Shown here: one piece after another, positions 39,855 to 49,652 of the stretch
Layout of the letters: the number at the start of each line of letters is the position of its first letter
Numbering within the stretch: position 1 is the first letter of the stretch
NCBI GenBank assembly: GCA_944332265.1
Contig: CALVJQ010000002.1
Location: 652 to 64,651, forward strand
Direction: 5' to 3'
Origin: an uncultured Bacilli bacterium
GTDB lineage: Bacteria; Bacillota_I; Bacilli_A; RF39; UBA660
Length of the DNA: 64,000 bases
Made by a program: the position numbers and the translations under genes
The notes under the pieces: generated by a model
The model's database searches: none
The model's input: the letters and a program-made list of their open reading frames with translations, nothing else
Told to the model about the DNA's origin: nothing

Positions 39855-41044
39855 TTGTCACTATCTGGAATATTATCAATAGCTGGTAATCCACCTTGGA
39901 TTATATATTCTAACGTTGCTCCTCCTCCGGTAGATAGGAAGTTGAAACGAGTTTCTAATTTGAAATGTTTTACTGCACTTACACCGTCGCCACCACCTAC
40001 TACTTTAACGGCATTGCTGGCTGTTATTCTATTTAGTAGTTCTCTTGTTCCAGTTGCAAATCTTATATCTTCGTATTTACCTGCTGTTCCGTTTACAAAT
40101 ATTGTTTTTGATTGTTTAATAATTTCATCGTATTTATCGATTGTTTTCATGCCAATATCAAAAATTATATCATCTTCGGCTACTTTATTAATGTTAACGT
40201 GTTCTACATAGTTTTCATCATATACACGGCCGACAATAGCATCTACTGGAAGCATTATTTTATCTTTATATTTAATTAATATTGTTTTTATTCGATTCAT
40301 TATATTTGGATCTTTAGTTCTTAAAGAATTACCAACGTTAAAACCTAAAATGGCCAAGCATGAATTGGCAATACCACCAGTTAATAGCAGCTGATCACAT
40401 CTTGGAAGAAGTGATTCAATTAATTCTACTTTATCTTCTACTTTGGCACCACCCATAACAATAGTAAATGGATGAGCAGCATTCAAAATATAAGTATCAA
40501 GCATTTCTACTTCGTGTTGAACTAAAAAGCCGATACAACTAGGAAGAAATTTAGCTACTCCATAAGTAGATGCATGTTTACGATGAGCAGAGCCAAAGGC
40601 ATCTAGACAGAAGATATCGGCAAGTCCTGCCCAATACATAGCTAGTTGGGTATCATTTCCACTTTCTAAGTTATTAGGAACATCTTCAAATCGGGTATTT
40701 TCTAAAACAATTATTTCCCCAGGATTCATATTCTCTATTTTTGCCTCAAGGTATAAACTCCTTGGTTGTTTAGAAAAAATAACTTTAGTATTTACCAATT
40801 TTTGGAGATGGGCAGCAATAGGAGCAAGTGAGTTCTTGGCTTTATCTTCTTCTTTTTTTACTTTACCAAAATGGGAAAGAATTATTATTTTAGCTCCTTC
40901 TTTAATTAAGTAATCAATTGTATTTAAAGCAGCTACTATTTTGCTATCATCAAGAATTATATTGTCTTTTACTGGAACATTAAAATCACATCTTAATAAT
41001 ACTCTTTTATTTTTGACATCCATATCTTGAATTCTTTTTTTCAT
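39851..41044 (-). CDS. pgk: phosphoglycerate kinase
   Basis: 397 aa with typical PGK N- and C-domain motifs. Confidence 0.93.
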   Translation of the reverse strand: MKKRIQDMDVKNKRVLLRCDFNVPVKDNIILDDSKIVAALNTIDYLIKEGAKIIILSHFGKVKKEEDKAKNSLAPIAAHLQKLVNTKVIFSKQPRSLYLEAKIENMNPGEIIVLENTRFEDVPNNLESGNDTQLAMYWAGLADIFCLDAFGSAHRKHASTYGVAKFLPSCIGFLVQHEVEMLDTYILNAAHPFTIVMGGAKVEDKVELIESLLPRCDQLLLTGGIANSCLAILGFNVGNSLRTKDPNIMNRIKTILIKYKDKIMLPVDAIVGRVYDENYVEHVNINKVAEDDIIFDIGMKTIDKYDEIIKQSKTIFVNGTAGKYEDIRFATGTRELLNRITASNAVKVVGGGDGVSAVKHFKLETRFNFLSTGGGATLEYIIQGGLPAIDNIPDSDK

Positions 41045-41136
41045 ATCATCACCTCTTTTATTATAAAATACTTATAATTGGACTTCAATTTCTTAAATAT
41101 TCCTTTACATAAAAAAGTGCCTTATAGACACTTTAA

Positions 41137-42150
41137 TTATTTATTAACATTCATCAACTTTTTAGCTGTACGCATCATTTGTGCTGTATAACCCATTTCA
41201 TTATCATACCATGCTATTATTTTTACAAGTTGACGACCTTCACTTTCTAGGACATTAGTTAATAAACCATCTACCAATGCTCCTGTTTTCTTACCTAAAA
41301 TATCACTAGATACAACTGGATCCATTGTGATTTTTAAGGTCTCATTTTGGTTGTTAGTAAACAATGTGTTTATTTCTTCAATTGTTGTATTTCTCTTTAA
41401 TTCTAAAGTTACATCTACAACTGAACCATCTGAAACAGGAACACGGAAGGCATTACCATCCATTTTACCTAAAAGGGATGGAATAACTTTGCCAATAGCA
41501 CTTGCTGCTCCTGTTGAAGCAGGAACAATATTCATGGCACATGCACGTCCACGGCGAGCTTTTATTCCTTTTTTGTGGGGAATATCTAGTGTTGCTTGAT
41601 CGTTGGTGTAGGCATGAACAGTAGTCATATATCCTTTTACAATACCAATATTATCTTCAATTACTTTTAAGACAGGCGCTAGACAGTTAGTTGTACATGA
41701 AGCAGCAGAAATAACTGTTTCACTACCATCTAATGTATCAGAATTAACATTATATACTATAGTCTTCATTTCGCCTTTTCCAGGAGCTGATATAATTACT
41801 TTCTTAGCACCAGCTTCTATATGCTTTGATGCATCTTCTAAACTAGTAAATAGACCTGTACATTCTAAAACTACATCAATGTCTAAATCTCTCCAAGGTA
41901 AATTGGCAGGGTCTTTTTCGCTATACACTTTTATTCTTTTAGTACCCTTAATAACTATTTCATCGCCTTCAAAATCGATGATATCCTCATGAAATGAACG
42001 ATGATTAGTATCATACTTTAACAGATATGCTAAAGTTTCCGCATCTGTTAAATCGTTTATTGCTACGATATCAAAATCACTTCCTGTTATCATTTCTCTA
42101 AATGCAAGACGTCCGATTCTTCCGAATCCATTAATTGCTACTTTTATCAT
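41137..42150 (-). CDS. gap: glyceraldehyde-3-phosphate dehydrogenase
   Basis: NGFGRIGR Rossmann motif and ASCTTN catalytic Cys motif. A terminator-like hairpin plus U-run lies between gap and pgk (41100..41130). Confidence 0.95.
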   Translation of the reverse strand: MIKVAINGFGRIGRLAFREMITGSDFDIVAINDLTDAETLAYLLKYDTNHRSFHEDIIDFEGDEIVIKGTKRIKVYSEKDPANLPWRDLDIDVVLECTGLFTSLEDASKHIEAGAKKVIISAPGKGEMKTIVYNVNSDTLDGSETVISAASCTTNCLAPVLKVIEDNIGIVKGYMTTVHAYTNDQATLDIPHKKGIKARRGRACAMNIVPASTGAASAIGKVIPSLLGKMDGNAFRVPVSDGSVVDVTLELKRNTTIEEINTLFTNNQNETLKITMDPVVSSDILGKKTGALVDGLLTNVLESEGRQLVKIIAWYDNEMGYTAQMMRTAKKLMNVNK

Positions 42151-42164
42151 TTTATCTCCTCTTT

Positions 42165-43835
42165 CTATTTATATGTTTCAAATGAACTTTTACCAATAAA
42201 TTCACGTAGGATTGAATCATCACCAACATAATCTGATGGAATTGGGTAAAAACCACGAAGTGAATTAATTAAACGACGGGCTTCGTTGTATGCTGATGAA
42301 TTACTTTTTACAGAATATAATAATGGTTCAACAAAGACTTTTAAGACTCCAACTTCATAAACTAGCGATGTATTAACAATTTTATTTACGTTGTTAATAT
42401 ATGGAAAAATATATTTTTCTTCGCCACTACGAACGGAATTCCAATAATTTATTGTTTCACCAACATCGGTTGCACGTGTACGATTGTCACGAACTATGCG
42501 ACGCATTAAACGTAAGTCGGTTGTTGAAATGTAATTATGACGATCAACGTTTATTGGAATAAATGGACTTAGATATACTTTATATTTTAGTGTTGGATCT
42601 AAATCAGGAGTCATCGCATCATTTAGACAATGTAATCCTTCCATTAAGATAATGGCATTTTCATTTAATTTAATCGGTTCATTATTAAATTCTTTTTCTC
42701 CAGTAACAAAATTATATTCTGGTAAATCAACTTTTTTACCTTGAATCAAATCTTTTAATTGCTTGTTAAGTAATTTTAAATCTAAAGCTTCTAAGCATTC
42801 AAAATCGTATTCGCCATCTTCCTTTTTAGGGGTATCTTTTTTATTTTTAAAGTAGTTATCAACTGATATAACTAAGACTTCATACCCTCGACTACGTAAT
42901 TGTAAAGCTACTTTTTTAGTTGTTGTTGTCTTTCCTGATGAGGAAGGTCCTGCAAAAAGAACATATTTTGCACCCTTTTTTACTATATCATCTACTAAGT
43001 CATGAATTTGATTACTAAAGTTTGTTTCAACTAATTTTATTAAATCTTCTATCTTACAATCTGACACTTGACGATTTAGATCTGGTATATATGGAATACC
43101 TAAATCTTTAATCCATTTTTTCCCTTCTTCAAAACACTTTATGACATTTTGATAATGGATATATTCTGGAACTTTAAACTTTGAATTAGGGGAAGGAAAT
43201 AGTAGGACTAATTTATTATCTCCTAAAAAGACTAAATCATATTTATTTAAGCAGCCTGTTGAATAAGGCATTTCAGAATAAAAATAATTTATATAATTAC
43301 GTAATTTGTAAACTGTTACAATGTTATTAGTTAAATTATGAATGTTTTGAGCTTTTTCTGGAGCTTTTACTTTATTGTAATAATTAATTGCTTCTTTCTT
43401 TTCAACATTTAAATTGTAAATTCTTTCGTCATTAGCAATTATTTCATTCATCTTAGTTTTTAGTTTTTTGGCATCTGTTAAAGTAAACTTTTTATCACAG
43501 ATTATTGTCATGTGTATACCATTAGCAATAGAATGATCAAATGTTACTTCATAACATAAACCAAAAGTTTCTTTTAAAGCTACTTCTGTTACAAATTCTA
43601 AACCATATTTATTAATTTTATATCCATTAGTAGATGTAACATCAATGAATTCTAGCTTTGTTGCACGATTTATTTTTGTTTCCATTGGAACTGTTTCATT
43701 ATCAATCTCTGCTCCTACTATATTATAGGGCATTTTAGATTTATATAATTTACTTAATTCATATATAGTTGTTCCTTTTTCGACTTCGATAACAGTTCCA
43801 TCATTAAAAGTTACGTTAGTTCTATTTGTTGCCAT
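42165..43835 (-). CDS. uridine-kinase/PRK-family nucleoside kinase with N-terminal TGS/ThrRS-like domain
   Basis: N-terminal ThrRS-like TGS segment, P-loop 'VLFAGPSSSGKTTT' and PRK-like core; 556 aa. Confidence 0.6.
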   Translation of the reverse strand: MATNRTNVTFNDGTVIEVEKGTTIYELSKLYKSKMPYNIVGAEIDNETVPMETKINRATKLEFIDVTSTNGYKINKYGLEFVTEVALKETFGLCYEVTFDHSIANGIHMTIICDKKFTLTDAKKLKTKMNEIIANDERIYNLNVEKKEAINYYNKVKAPEKAQNIHNLTNNIVTVYKLRNYINYFYSEMPYSTGCLNKYDLVFLGDNKLVLLFPSPNSKFKVPEYIHYQNVIKCFEEGKKWIKDLGIPYIPDLNRQVSDCKIEDLIKLVETNFSNQIHDLVDDIVKKGAKYVLFAGPSSSGKTTTTKKVALQLRSRGYEVLVISVDNYFKNKKDTPKKEDGEYDFECLEALDLKLLNKQLKDLIQGKKVDLPEYNFVTGEKEFNNEPIKLNENAIILMEGLHCLNDAMTPDLDPTLKYKVYLSPFIPINVDRHNYISTTDLRLMRRIVRDNRTRATDVGETINYWNSVRSGEEKYIFPYINNVNKIVNTSLVYEVGVLKVFVEPLLYSVKSNSSAYNEARRLINSLRGFYPIPSDYVGDDSILREFIGKSSFETYK

Positions 43836-43970
43836 ATAATCCCTCTCTTATTCTAAAATAATTATACTATAAATCATTATTTTTTGTTACAAAAATTAAA
43901 GATATTTAATTTTTAGTTTATTTTATATAGAACAATATTATGTTATAATGCTAGAAATGGAGGAACTTTA

Positions 43971-45344
43971 ATGAAGAAAAAAATTGGCTTTAGTATTATT
44001 GCTTTAATAGTAATAATTCTTGGTATTTATGTCACTTATGTTAATTTTAAATTTCCACCTTATGTAACTAATATTGAAATTAATGAATCTAAACGATTTG
44101 ATAATCAAGTTATTTTTAATATAGAAGTTAAGAGTCATTTATTGAAAATTGATAAAACAACATGGTGTTTATTAAGTATTAATGATAATTTACCTAAGGA
44201 AGATGATGACGGTTGGATTAAAGCAACAAATGGGTATTGTTCTTTTACGGTAGAAGATGGAGAATATAATATTTTTGTTAAAGATAGTTTAGGTAATATT
44301 GTCAATGCTGATAAACAAAAAGTTAATATTGATAAAATATTAGAAATTAAACCTAGTAAAAACATATTTTATATGTGGAGAGGAATGGAGCAAAAACTAT
44401 CTTATGAAATAGTTAAGTTAGGTAATGTTAAAGATAATATAAAAATGACATCAGCTAATGATAAGATAGCTTCTATTAGTGAAAATGGAATAATTACTGC
44501 TAATAATTATGGAACAACTACTATTTCTTTAACTAGTGAAGATGGAGCTTTAAGTAAAGTTAAAATAATTGTTAGTCCTTTTATTACTAAGCCGGTTGTT
44601 AATACTAAGAAAAGCTATATAACATGTAAACAATTTAATTTAGAGGAAGCTAATTTAATTGATGAAATATTATTTGATAGAATAGATGACGCAGGATATG
44701 GAACTAGGGCTGGTGTAGTAGCTGCTGCACGTTTTATTACTTTGGAATTTGCTTATCGTATACATTATTTTTATGAAAATGGACGTTTAAATAATTATTC
44801 TCCTTATAAACATGTTGATGGAGAGGGACGATATTATCACAGAGGTTTATATTTAAATGAAAGCAAATTTGCTGATATAACAGCAAGTTTTGTTGGACCG
44901 GCAATTTGGGGATGCGATTTACAAAATTATACTGATTGGGGACCTTATGTTACTGGTAAATATTATCCAAACGGGCTTGATTGCTCTGGCTTTGTTACAT
45001 GGGCTTTATTAAACGGAGGTTTTGATGTTGGAGATATTGGTGCAGGAGCCAATGCTAATCATAATGATTTAGATGATTTGGGTGAAAAAGTTATGATTAC
45101 TAATGAATTAATGAACTCCGGTAGAGTTAAAGTTGGTGATTTAATTGGCCTTAATGGTCATATGGCTATTTTAGCTGGTTGGGATGATAATAATTATTAT
45201 ATTGCTGAATCTCTTAATACTACTGGTGGAGTAGTAATGACCGTAGTTAAAAAAAGTAATTTAGTGAATAATAGTATATATGATTATATTATATTAATGG
45301 ATGAAGTTTATAAAAAAGATGGTAATTTATCTAATATGTGGTAA
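43971..45344 (+). CDS. signal-anchored NlpC/P60 (C40) cell-wall peptidase with Ig-like (Big_2) domain
   Basis: N-terminal TM helix; a Big_2-like segment around 'TANNYGTTTISLTSEDG'; catalytic Cys in 'LDCSGFVTWAL' and His in 'GHMAILAG'. Confidence 0.7.
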   Translation: MKKKIGFSIIALIVIILGIYVTYVNFKFPPYVTNIEINESKRFDNQVIFNIEVKSHLLKIDKTTWCLLSINDNLPKEDDDGWIKATNGYCSFTVEDGEYNIFVKDSLGNIVNADKQKVNIDKILEIKPSKNIFYMWRGMEQKLSYEIVKLGNVKDNIKMTSANDKIASISENGIITANNYGTTTISLTSEDGALSKVKIIVSPFITKPVVNTKKSYITCKQFNLEEANLIDEILFDRIDDAGYGTRAGVVAAARFITLEFAYRIHYFYENGRLNNYSPYKHVDGEGRYYHRGLYLNESKFADITASFVGPAIWGCDLQNYTDWGPYVTGKYYPNGLDCSGFVTWALLNGGFDVGDIGAGANANHNDLDDLGEKVMITNELMNSGRVKVGDLIGLNGHMAILAGWDDNNYYIAESLNTTGGVVMTVVKKSNLVNNSIYDYIILMDEVYKKDGNLSNMW

Positions 45345-45372
45345 AAAGAAGTGCTATTTGGCACTTCTTTCT
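45345..45372. terminator. bidirectional terminator AGAAGTGCxxxxxxGCACTTCT between the NlpC/P60 gene and whiA
   Basis: Read in the sequence. Confidence 0.45.
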
Positions 45373-46286
45373 TTGTGTTTTTCGACTAATTTTTTTACTT
45401 TAATAAAATAATGATTTATTCCTGACTTACCTATTTTACGGCCAGTTTCTGTAGATATAATATCGGCCAATTCCTGAAGGGAAGTTTCAGGATATGCTTC
45501 ACGATATTTAATTGCTGATTGAACGTTTTCATCTAGTAAACCAAGAAGGTCGTGCTCTTTTATATAGTTTATGTCATCTAATTGTTTCAAGCCAGTTTTT
45601 AAAACTTTTTCTTGATTAGCAATTTCACAGTTATTTAAGCGATTAACCATATTTTTATGATCACGGTATATACGAATATCTTCAAAATAAAAGAAACAAT
45701 TGGTTGCACCAAATAAGCGAATTAACTCGCTTATCATTTCAGCACTTTTTATATATGTCATATAGTTATTATTTCTTTTAATTACTTTGGCAGTTATATT
45801 ATAGCGCTTTAATAATTTAGCAAGAAATAAACCCTCTTTTTGGGTTGAGGTATTGAATTCTAAATGATATCCTGCTTTACTTGGATCATTGATACTACCA
45901 CAGGCAAGAAATGCTCCTTTAAGAAAAGAAGTTAACTCTTCTTGACTATTTAGAAAATATTCTTCCGGTAGTATTTTTTTATTATTTTTAATAATGCTTA
46001 AGGATTCAAGTATAGTATCCACTTTTTCGTTTATTTCTAATATATAGATTTGTTTTATACGAAATCGTTTTTGGTTACGAATAGTTATTTTAATATTAAC
46101 ACTAAAATTATTTTTTATATCTTTATAGATTCTTCTAGCTACTGAGGCATTTTCCATAATAAGTGCTATCTTATCTTTTTTTATACGAGCAGAGAATCTA
46201 ATAAATGATGATAGTTCAACTAGTGATTCTAATACGGAGATATCATTTTTAGTTATTTCTTCTTTTAATCTTGTTGTAAAGGTCAT
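45354..46286 (-). CDS. whiA: DNA-binding cell-division/sporulation regulator WhiA
   Basis: 310 aa; degenerate LAGLIDADG-like N-domains plus C-terminal HTH; conserved position downstream of yvcK. Confidence 0.8.
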   Translation of the reverse strand: MTFTTRLKEEITKNDISVLESLVELSSFIRFSARIKKDKIALIMENASVARRIYKDIKNNFSVNIKITIRNQKRFRIKQIYILEINEKVDTILESLSIIKNNKKILPEEYFLNSQEELTSFLKGAFLACGSINDPSKAGYHLEFNTSTQKEGLFLAKLLKRYNITAKVIKRNNNYMTYIKSAEMISELIRLFGATNCFFYFEDIRIYRDHKNMVNRLNNCEIANQEKVLKTGLKQLDDINYIKEHDLLGLLDENVQSAIKYREAYPETSLQELADIISTETGRKIGKSGINHYFIKVKKLVEKHKERSAK

Positions 46287-46287
46287 T

Positions 46288-47235
46288 TTATTCGTCCTCT
46301 ATTAAGTAAGAAAATATTAGATAAGCAGTTTTAAGGGAATTGTGTCTTACATAACCTTCTTCAACTTTGAATAATTTTTCTTCTAAAACTTCAACCCCCA
46401 TATTTTGTAGAGTTTTATTATCAACAGCTACAGGATCTTTACCTTCAGATTTAGCTAGTAAAGACATATTTTTAGGAATTTTAGAATTATTAGCAATAAC
46501 AGCATTAATAGTTCCAGCTCCTAAATATTTTTCTAAGAAATTAATATGATCACTAACTTTAAAATTATCTGTTTCTCCTGGTTGAGTAAGCATATTACTT
46601 ATATACATTTTACGAGCTTTGGAGTTTTTAATAGCTTCTTGAATTTCGGGAATAATAATATGAGGTAGAACACTTGTTAATAGAGATCCCGAACTAAAAA
46701 TAATTAAATCGGCTTTTTTAATTTCTTCTAATACTTTTGGTGTAACTTTAACTTTTTTACTATATTTTAAGTCAACGACTTTTCTTTTTGATTCTGTTAT
46801 TTGGGCTTCACCTATTATTTCATATCCTTCTTTTGTAATACCGACTAAATCAACATTATCTTCTGTAATAGGAAGAAGTTTTCCTTTGACATCTAATAAA
46901 TCACATAATATTGGCAATGAATGAGCAAAATCACCTTTCATTTCTAATAGGGCTGTCATTATTAGATTTTTAATAGAATGGTTTCCAATACTACTATCAT
47001 TACTAAAACGATAGTTAAATAATTCTTTTACTCCTTTAGATTCTGTAGACATTGCCATTAATACTTTAGTTATATCCCCAACAGCGGGAATTGAAAATTC
47101 TTCACGAAGACGGCCTGTACTTGTCCCATTGTCAGACATACTTACAACTGCAGTTATATCCATAGGAAATTGAATCATTCCTTTTAACAATTGTGACATT
47201 CCACTTCCGCCACCAAATATTACAACTTTTTTCAT
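46288..47235 (-). CDS. yvcK: YvcK/CofD-like gluconeogenesis-morphology factor (UPF0052)
   Basis: MKKVVIFGGGSGMSQLLKG...; ATG at 47235 with GGAGG 7 nt upstream. The track's longer ORF begins upstream of the SD. Confidence 0.8.
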   Translation of the reverse strand: MKKVVIFGGGSGMSQLLKGMIQFPMDITAVVSMSDNGTSTGRLREEFSIPAVGDITKVLMAMSTESKGVKELFNYRFSNDSSIGNHSIKNLIMTALLEMKGDFAHSLPILCDLLDVKGKLLPITEDNVDLVGITKEGYEIIGEAQITESKRKVVDLKYSKKVKVTPKVLEEIKKADLIIFSSGSLLTSVLPHIIIPEIQEAIKNSKARKMYISNMLTQPGETDNFKVSDHINFLEKYLGAGTINAVIANNSKIPKNMSLLAKSEGKDPVAVDNKTLQNMGVEVLEEKLFKVEEGYVRHNSLKTAYLIFSYLIEDE

Positions 47236-47300
47236 AATATAACCTCCATTAAATATTATGATAACACATTTATTTAACTTGTAATAATAAGTTATAAAGT

Positions 47301-47490
47301 AATTGACAAAATACGACATTTTAAAACAATTTATGACAATATTAGACAATATATGACTAATATAGACTATTTATGACAATAAAAGACTAAATACGATATT
47401 TTATGACATTATTAGACATTTATCGACTATTATAAACATAATTAGACTTATTACGACATAATTTGATATTATTCGACAAATTTCGACAAT
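47301..47490. repeat. array of 19 consecutive, exactly phased 10-bp units, consensus (A/T)T(A/T)NGAC(A/T)(A/T)T
   Basis: Unit sequence: AATTGACAAA ATACGACATT TTAAAACAAT TTATGACAAT ATTAGACAAT ATATGACTAA TATAGACTAT TTATGACAAT AAAAGACTAA ATACGATATT TTATGACATT ATTAGACATT TATCGACTAT TATAAACATA ATTAGACTTA TTACGACATA ATTTGATATT ATTCGACAAA TTTCGACAAT. Two units contain a perfect Spo0A box (TTCGACA = TGTCGAA). Confidence 0.7.
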
Positions 47491-47520
47491 ATAAAAAGAA
47501 AAAAAGAAGGTTTAACCTTC

Positions 47521-48741
47521 TTATCCTCTAGTAGTCCACTTCCAGCCTTTGCTACTTTTTAAACCTGATATTGATTGTACAGCGGTTGCTCCAGTATTAG
47601 CTTTAAATTTGTTCCATTGACTTCTACCACTTTCAGAGAAGAAGTAACCATAAGAAATAGCGTAATGTAAGTGAGCTCCATAAGTACAATAATCATATCC
47701 TCCAGAAAGGGCATGAGAAGTTGAATAACCACCAACAGTTCCAATTACTTGACCTTTAGTAATTTTTTGACCAGATGAAACTTTAATACTTAATAAATGG
47801 GCCATTTCTACAGTGTATTTTTTACCATCTACTAAAGCATGCATGTATACAATATTTCCACCACAATCTGTTTTACGAGCTACGTAAATAACAGTTCCGT
47901 TAGCTGGAGCATATACTGGTGTTCCCTCTGGATTACCACCTAGGTCCATACCGGCATGACTTTTTTTGTAAGCTTGCGTTACTTTTCCTTTGGTTAATGG
48001 ACGAGAAAATGAACCTGAACCTTCCATTTTAGAGAAGTAACAAACTTCTACATCATCATTATCTTTACAACCTGCTTCTTCAAATAGTTTAATCATATTT
48101 TTTTGAGCTTTAATTTGGTCTGCAAAACCCATACCTATACTAGCTTGTTTATCAACATATTCGTGAAGTTCTTCTAATTGCGTTTCATAAGAAGCAATTG
48201 AATTTGTTAAAGTAACGTTGTCTTCTGCTAATTTAACTTGTAATTTTTCATTTTCTTCTATTAGGACATCTAAGCTATCAAGTTGTTCTTGAGTATAGTC
48301 TACAACTTGTTCAACTACTGCTTGTCTTTCCATCATTTCTGAAATACTTGTTGCGGAGAATATATAATCCGTATAAACTTCATCAGGATTTAAATTAGAA
48401 TATTGTAAAGATACTAAAACATCTTTCATTTCTTCTTGTTTTATTTTTATTTCTTCTTGGCTTTCAGCAACTTTCTTTTTAGCATCTTCGACACGTTGTT
48501 CATTTAGAATGATTGTGTTATTGGCATCTTTTATAGCTTGAGATTTTTTTTCAATATTTTGCTTTGCTTCATTTGTTAAAGCATCTGCTTCAGCTTTTTG
48601 ACTTTCTAGTTCTGCTACTTTATTTTTGTAATCGATTAATCTTTCCGCTTTGACTTCTTTGACTTTGAATGGACATGTTGTAACAAAAACAATAGCAAAT
48701 ATTATAAACAGATTAATTATTTTTTTTGATTTCTTTATCAT
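47521..48741 (-). CDS. EnvC/PcsB-like coiled-coil M23 peptidase (FtsEX-associated)
   Basis: Signal peptide, a long coiled coil, and a C-terminal M23 domain (HxxxD ... HLHYAIS); it overlaps ftsX upstream. Confidence 0.7.
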   Translation of the reverse strand: MIKKSKKIINLFIIFAIVFVTTCPFKVKEVKAERLIDYKNKVAELESQKAEADALTNEAKQNIEKKSQAIKDANNTIILNEQRVEDAKKKVAESQEEIKIKQEEMKDVLVSLQYSNLNPDEVYTDYIFSATSISEMMERQAVVEQVVDYTQEQLDSLDVLIEENEKLQVKLAEDNVTLTNSIASYETQLEELHEYVDKQASIGMGFADQIKAQKNMIKLFEEAGCKDNDDVEVCYFSKMEGSGSFSRPLTKGKVTQAYKKSHAGMDLGGNPEGTPVYAPANGTVIYVARKTDCGGNIVYMHALVDGKKYTVEMAHLLSIKVSSGQKITKGQVIGTVGGYSTSHALSGGYDYCTYGAHLHYAISYGYFFSESGRSQWNKFKANTGATAVQSISGLKSSKGWKWTTRG

Positions 48742-49652
48742 ATCTTTAAATACTTCCTTACTGTTATATAACTACCAAACATACCAACTAATGATCCAAT
48801 AATTAGCAAAGCAATAGATGTATAAAAGACAAATGGTATTGGAGTTATCATTCTTATATAATTTGTAAATAGATGGCCTTCTAATTTATCAAAAGCAAAG
48901 ATATAACCCCAAATAGTAGCTAGGATTGGGATAAGTGACCCTATCATACCTAAGAATAAACCTTCTATTACAAATGGTAATTTTATTGTAAAATTACTTG
49001 TTCCAACAAGTCGCATAATTTCTATTTCATTTTTACGGGCAAAAATAGTTAATTTAATAGTATTACATATTAAGAAGGTGGTAACTACTATTAAGCCAAT
49101 AATTATAACAATAGTTACTTTTTCAACAACATTAAATAAAGGAATCATGTTGTCTACAACGTCTTCGCTATATTTAACGTTACTTACTTTATCGATGTTT
49201 TTTAATGTCTCAGCAGTTTTTCCTAAATCTTCGACATTTTTAACTGATATTATAAATTCTGATTCTAATGGATTTGTTTCTTCTGTCCAACTTTCCATTA
49301 TAGAATATAAAGAAGAACTTTCTTCTGTGTTTTTCATAGTTTCTTCTTTAATTGTCTCTTTATCTTTATAAATCAATTCATCACCTTTAACATTCTTTAT
49401 AGCTAGAATTTTACTTCTTATAGAGTTAATATCATCTTCAGTAGCAGTTTTATCTATAAAAGCGATAATAGTTAATGTATTTTCGATATCGTGAGTAAAA
49501 TTATTTACATTAGCAGAAAAAATTATCGCAAGAGAGACAATAACTAAAGTTATTGTTGTACAAATTATAGAAGCAATACTTAAGCTAAAATTACGAAAGA
49601 TACTTTTTACTGCGTTAGCAATATTACGACTAAATATTCTTATGGCTTTCAT
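48738..49652 (-). CDS. ftsX: cell division permease FtsX
   Basis: 4-TM FtsX-like permease with a large first extracellular loop; overlaps ftsE. Confidence 0.8.
   Translation of the reverse strand: MKAIRIFSRNIANAVKSIFRNFSLSIASIICTTITLVIVSLAIIFSANVNNFTHDIENTLTIIAFIDKTATEDDINSIRSKILAIKNVKGDELIYKDKETIKEETMKNTEESSSLYSIMESWTEETNPLESEFIISVKNVEDLGKTAETLKNIDKVSNVKYSEDVVDNMIPLFNVVEKVTIVIIIGLIVVTTFLICNTIKLTIFARKNEIEIMRLVGTSNFTIKLPFVIEGLFLGMIGSLIPILATIWGYIFAFDKLEGHLFTNYIRMITPIPFVFYTSIALLIIGSLVGMFGSYITVRKYLKI

Noticed and set aside
47301-47490. Decamer array as DnaA-box cluster (oriC) or plasmid iterons.
   Set aside because: Units match the DnaA box TTATCCACA at only 5 of 9 positions. dnaA and dnaN are not adjacent. 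A 10-bp period is too short for Rep iterons. No rep gene is nearby.
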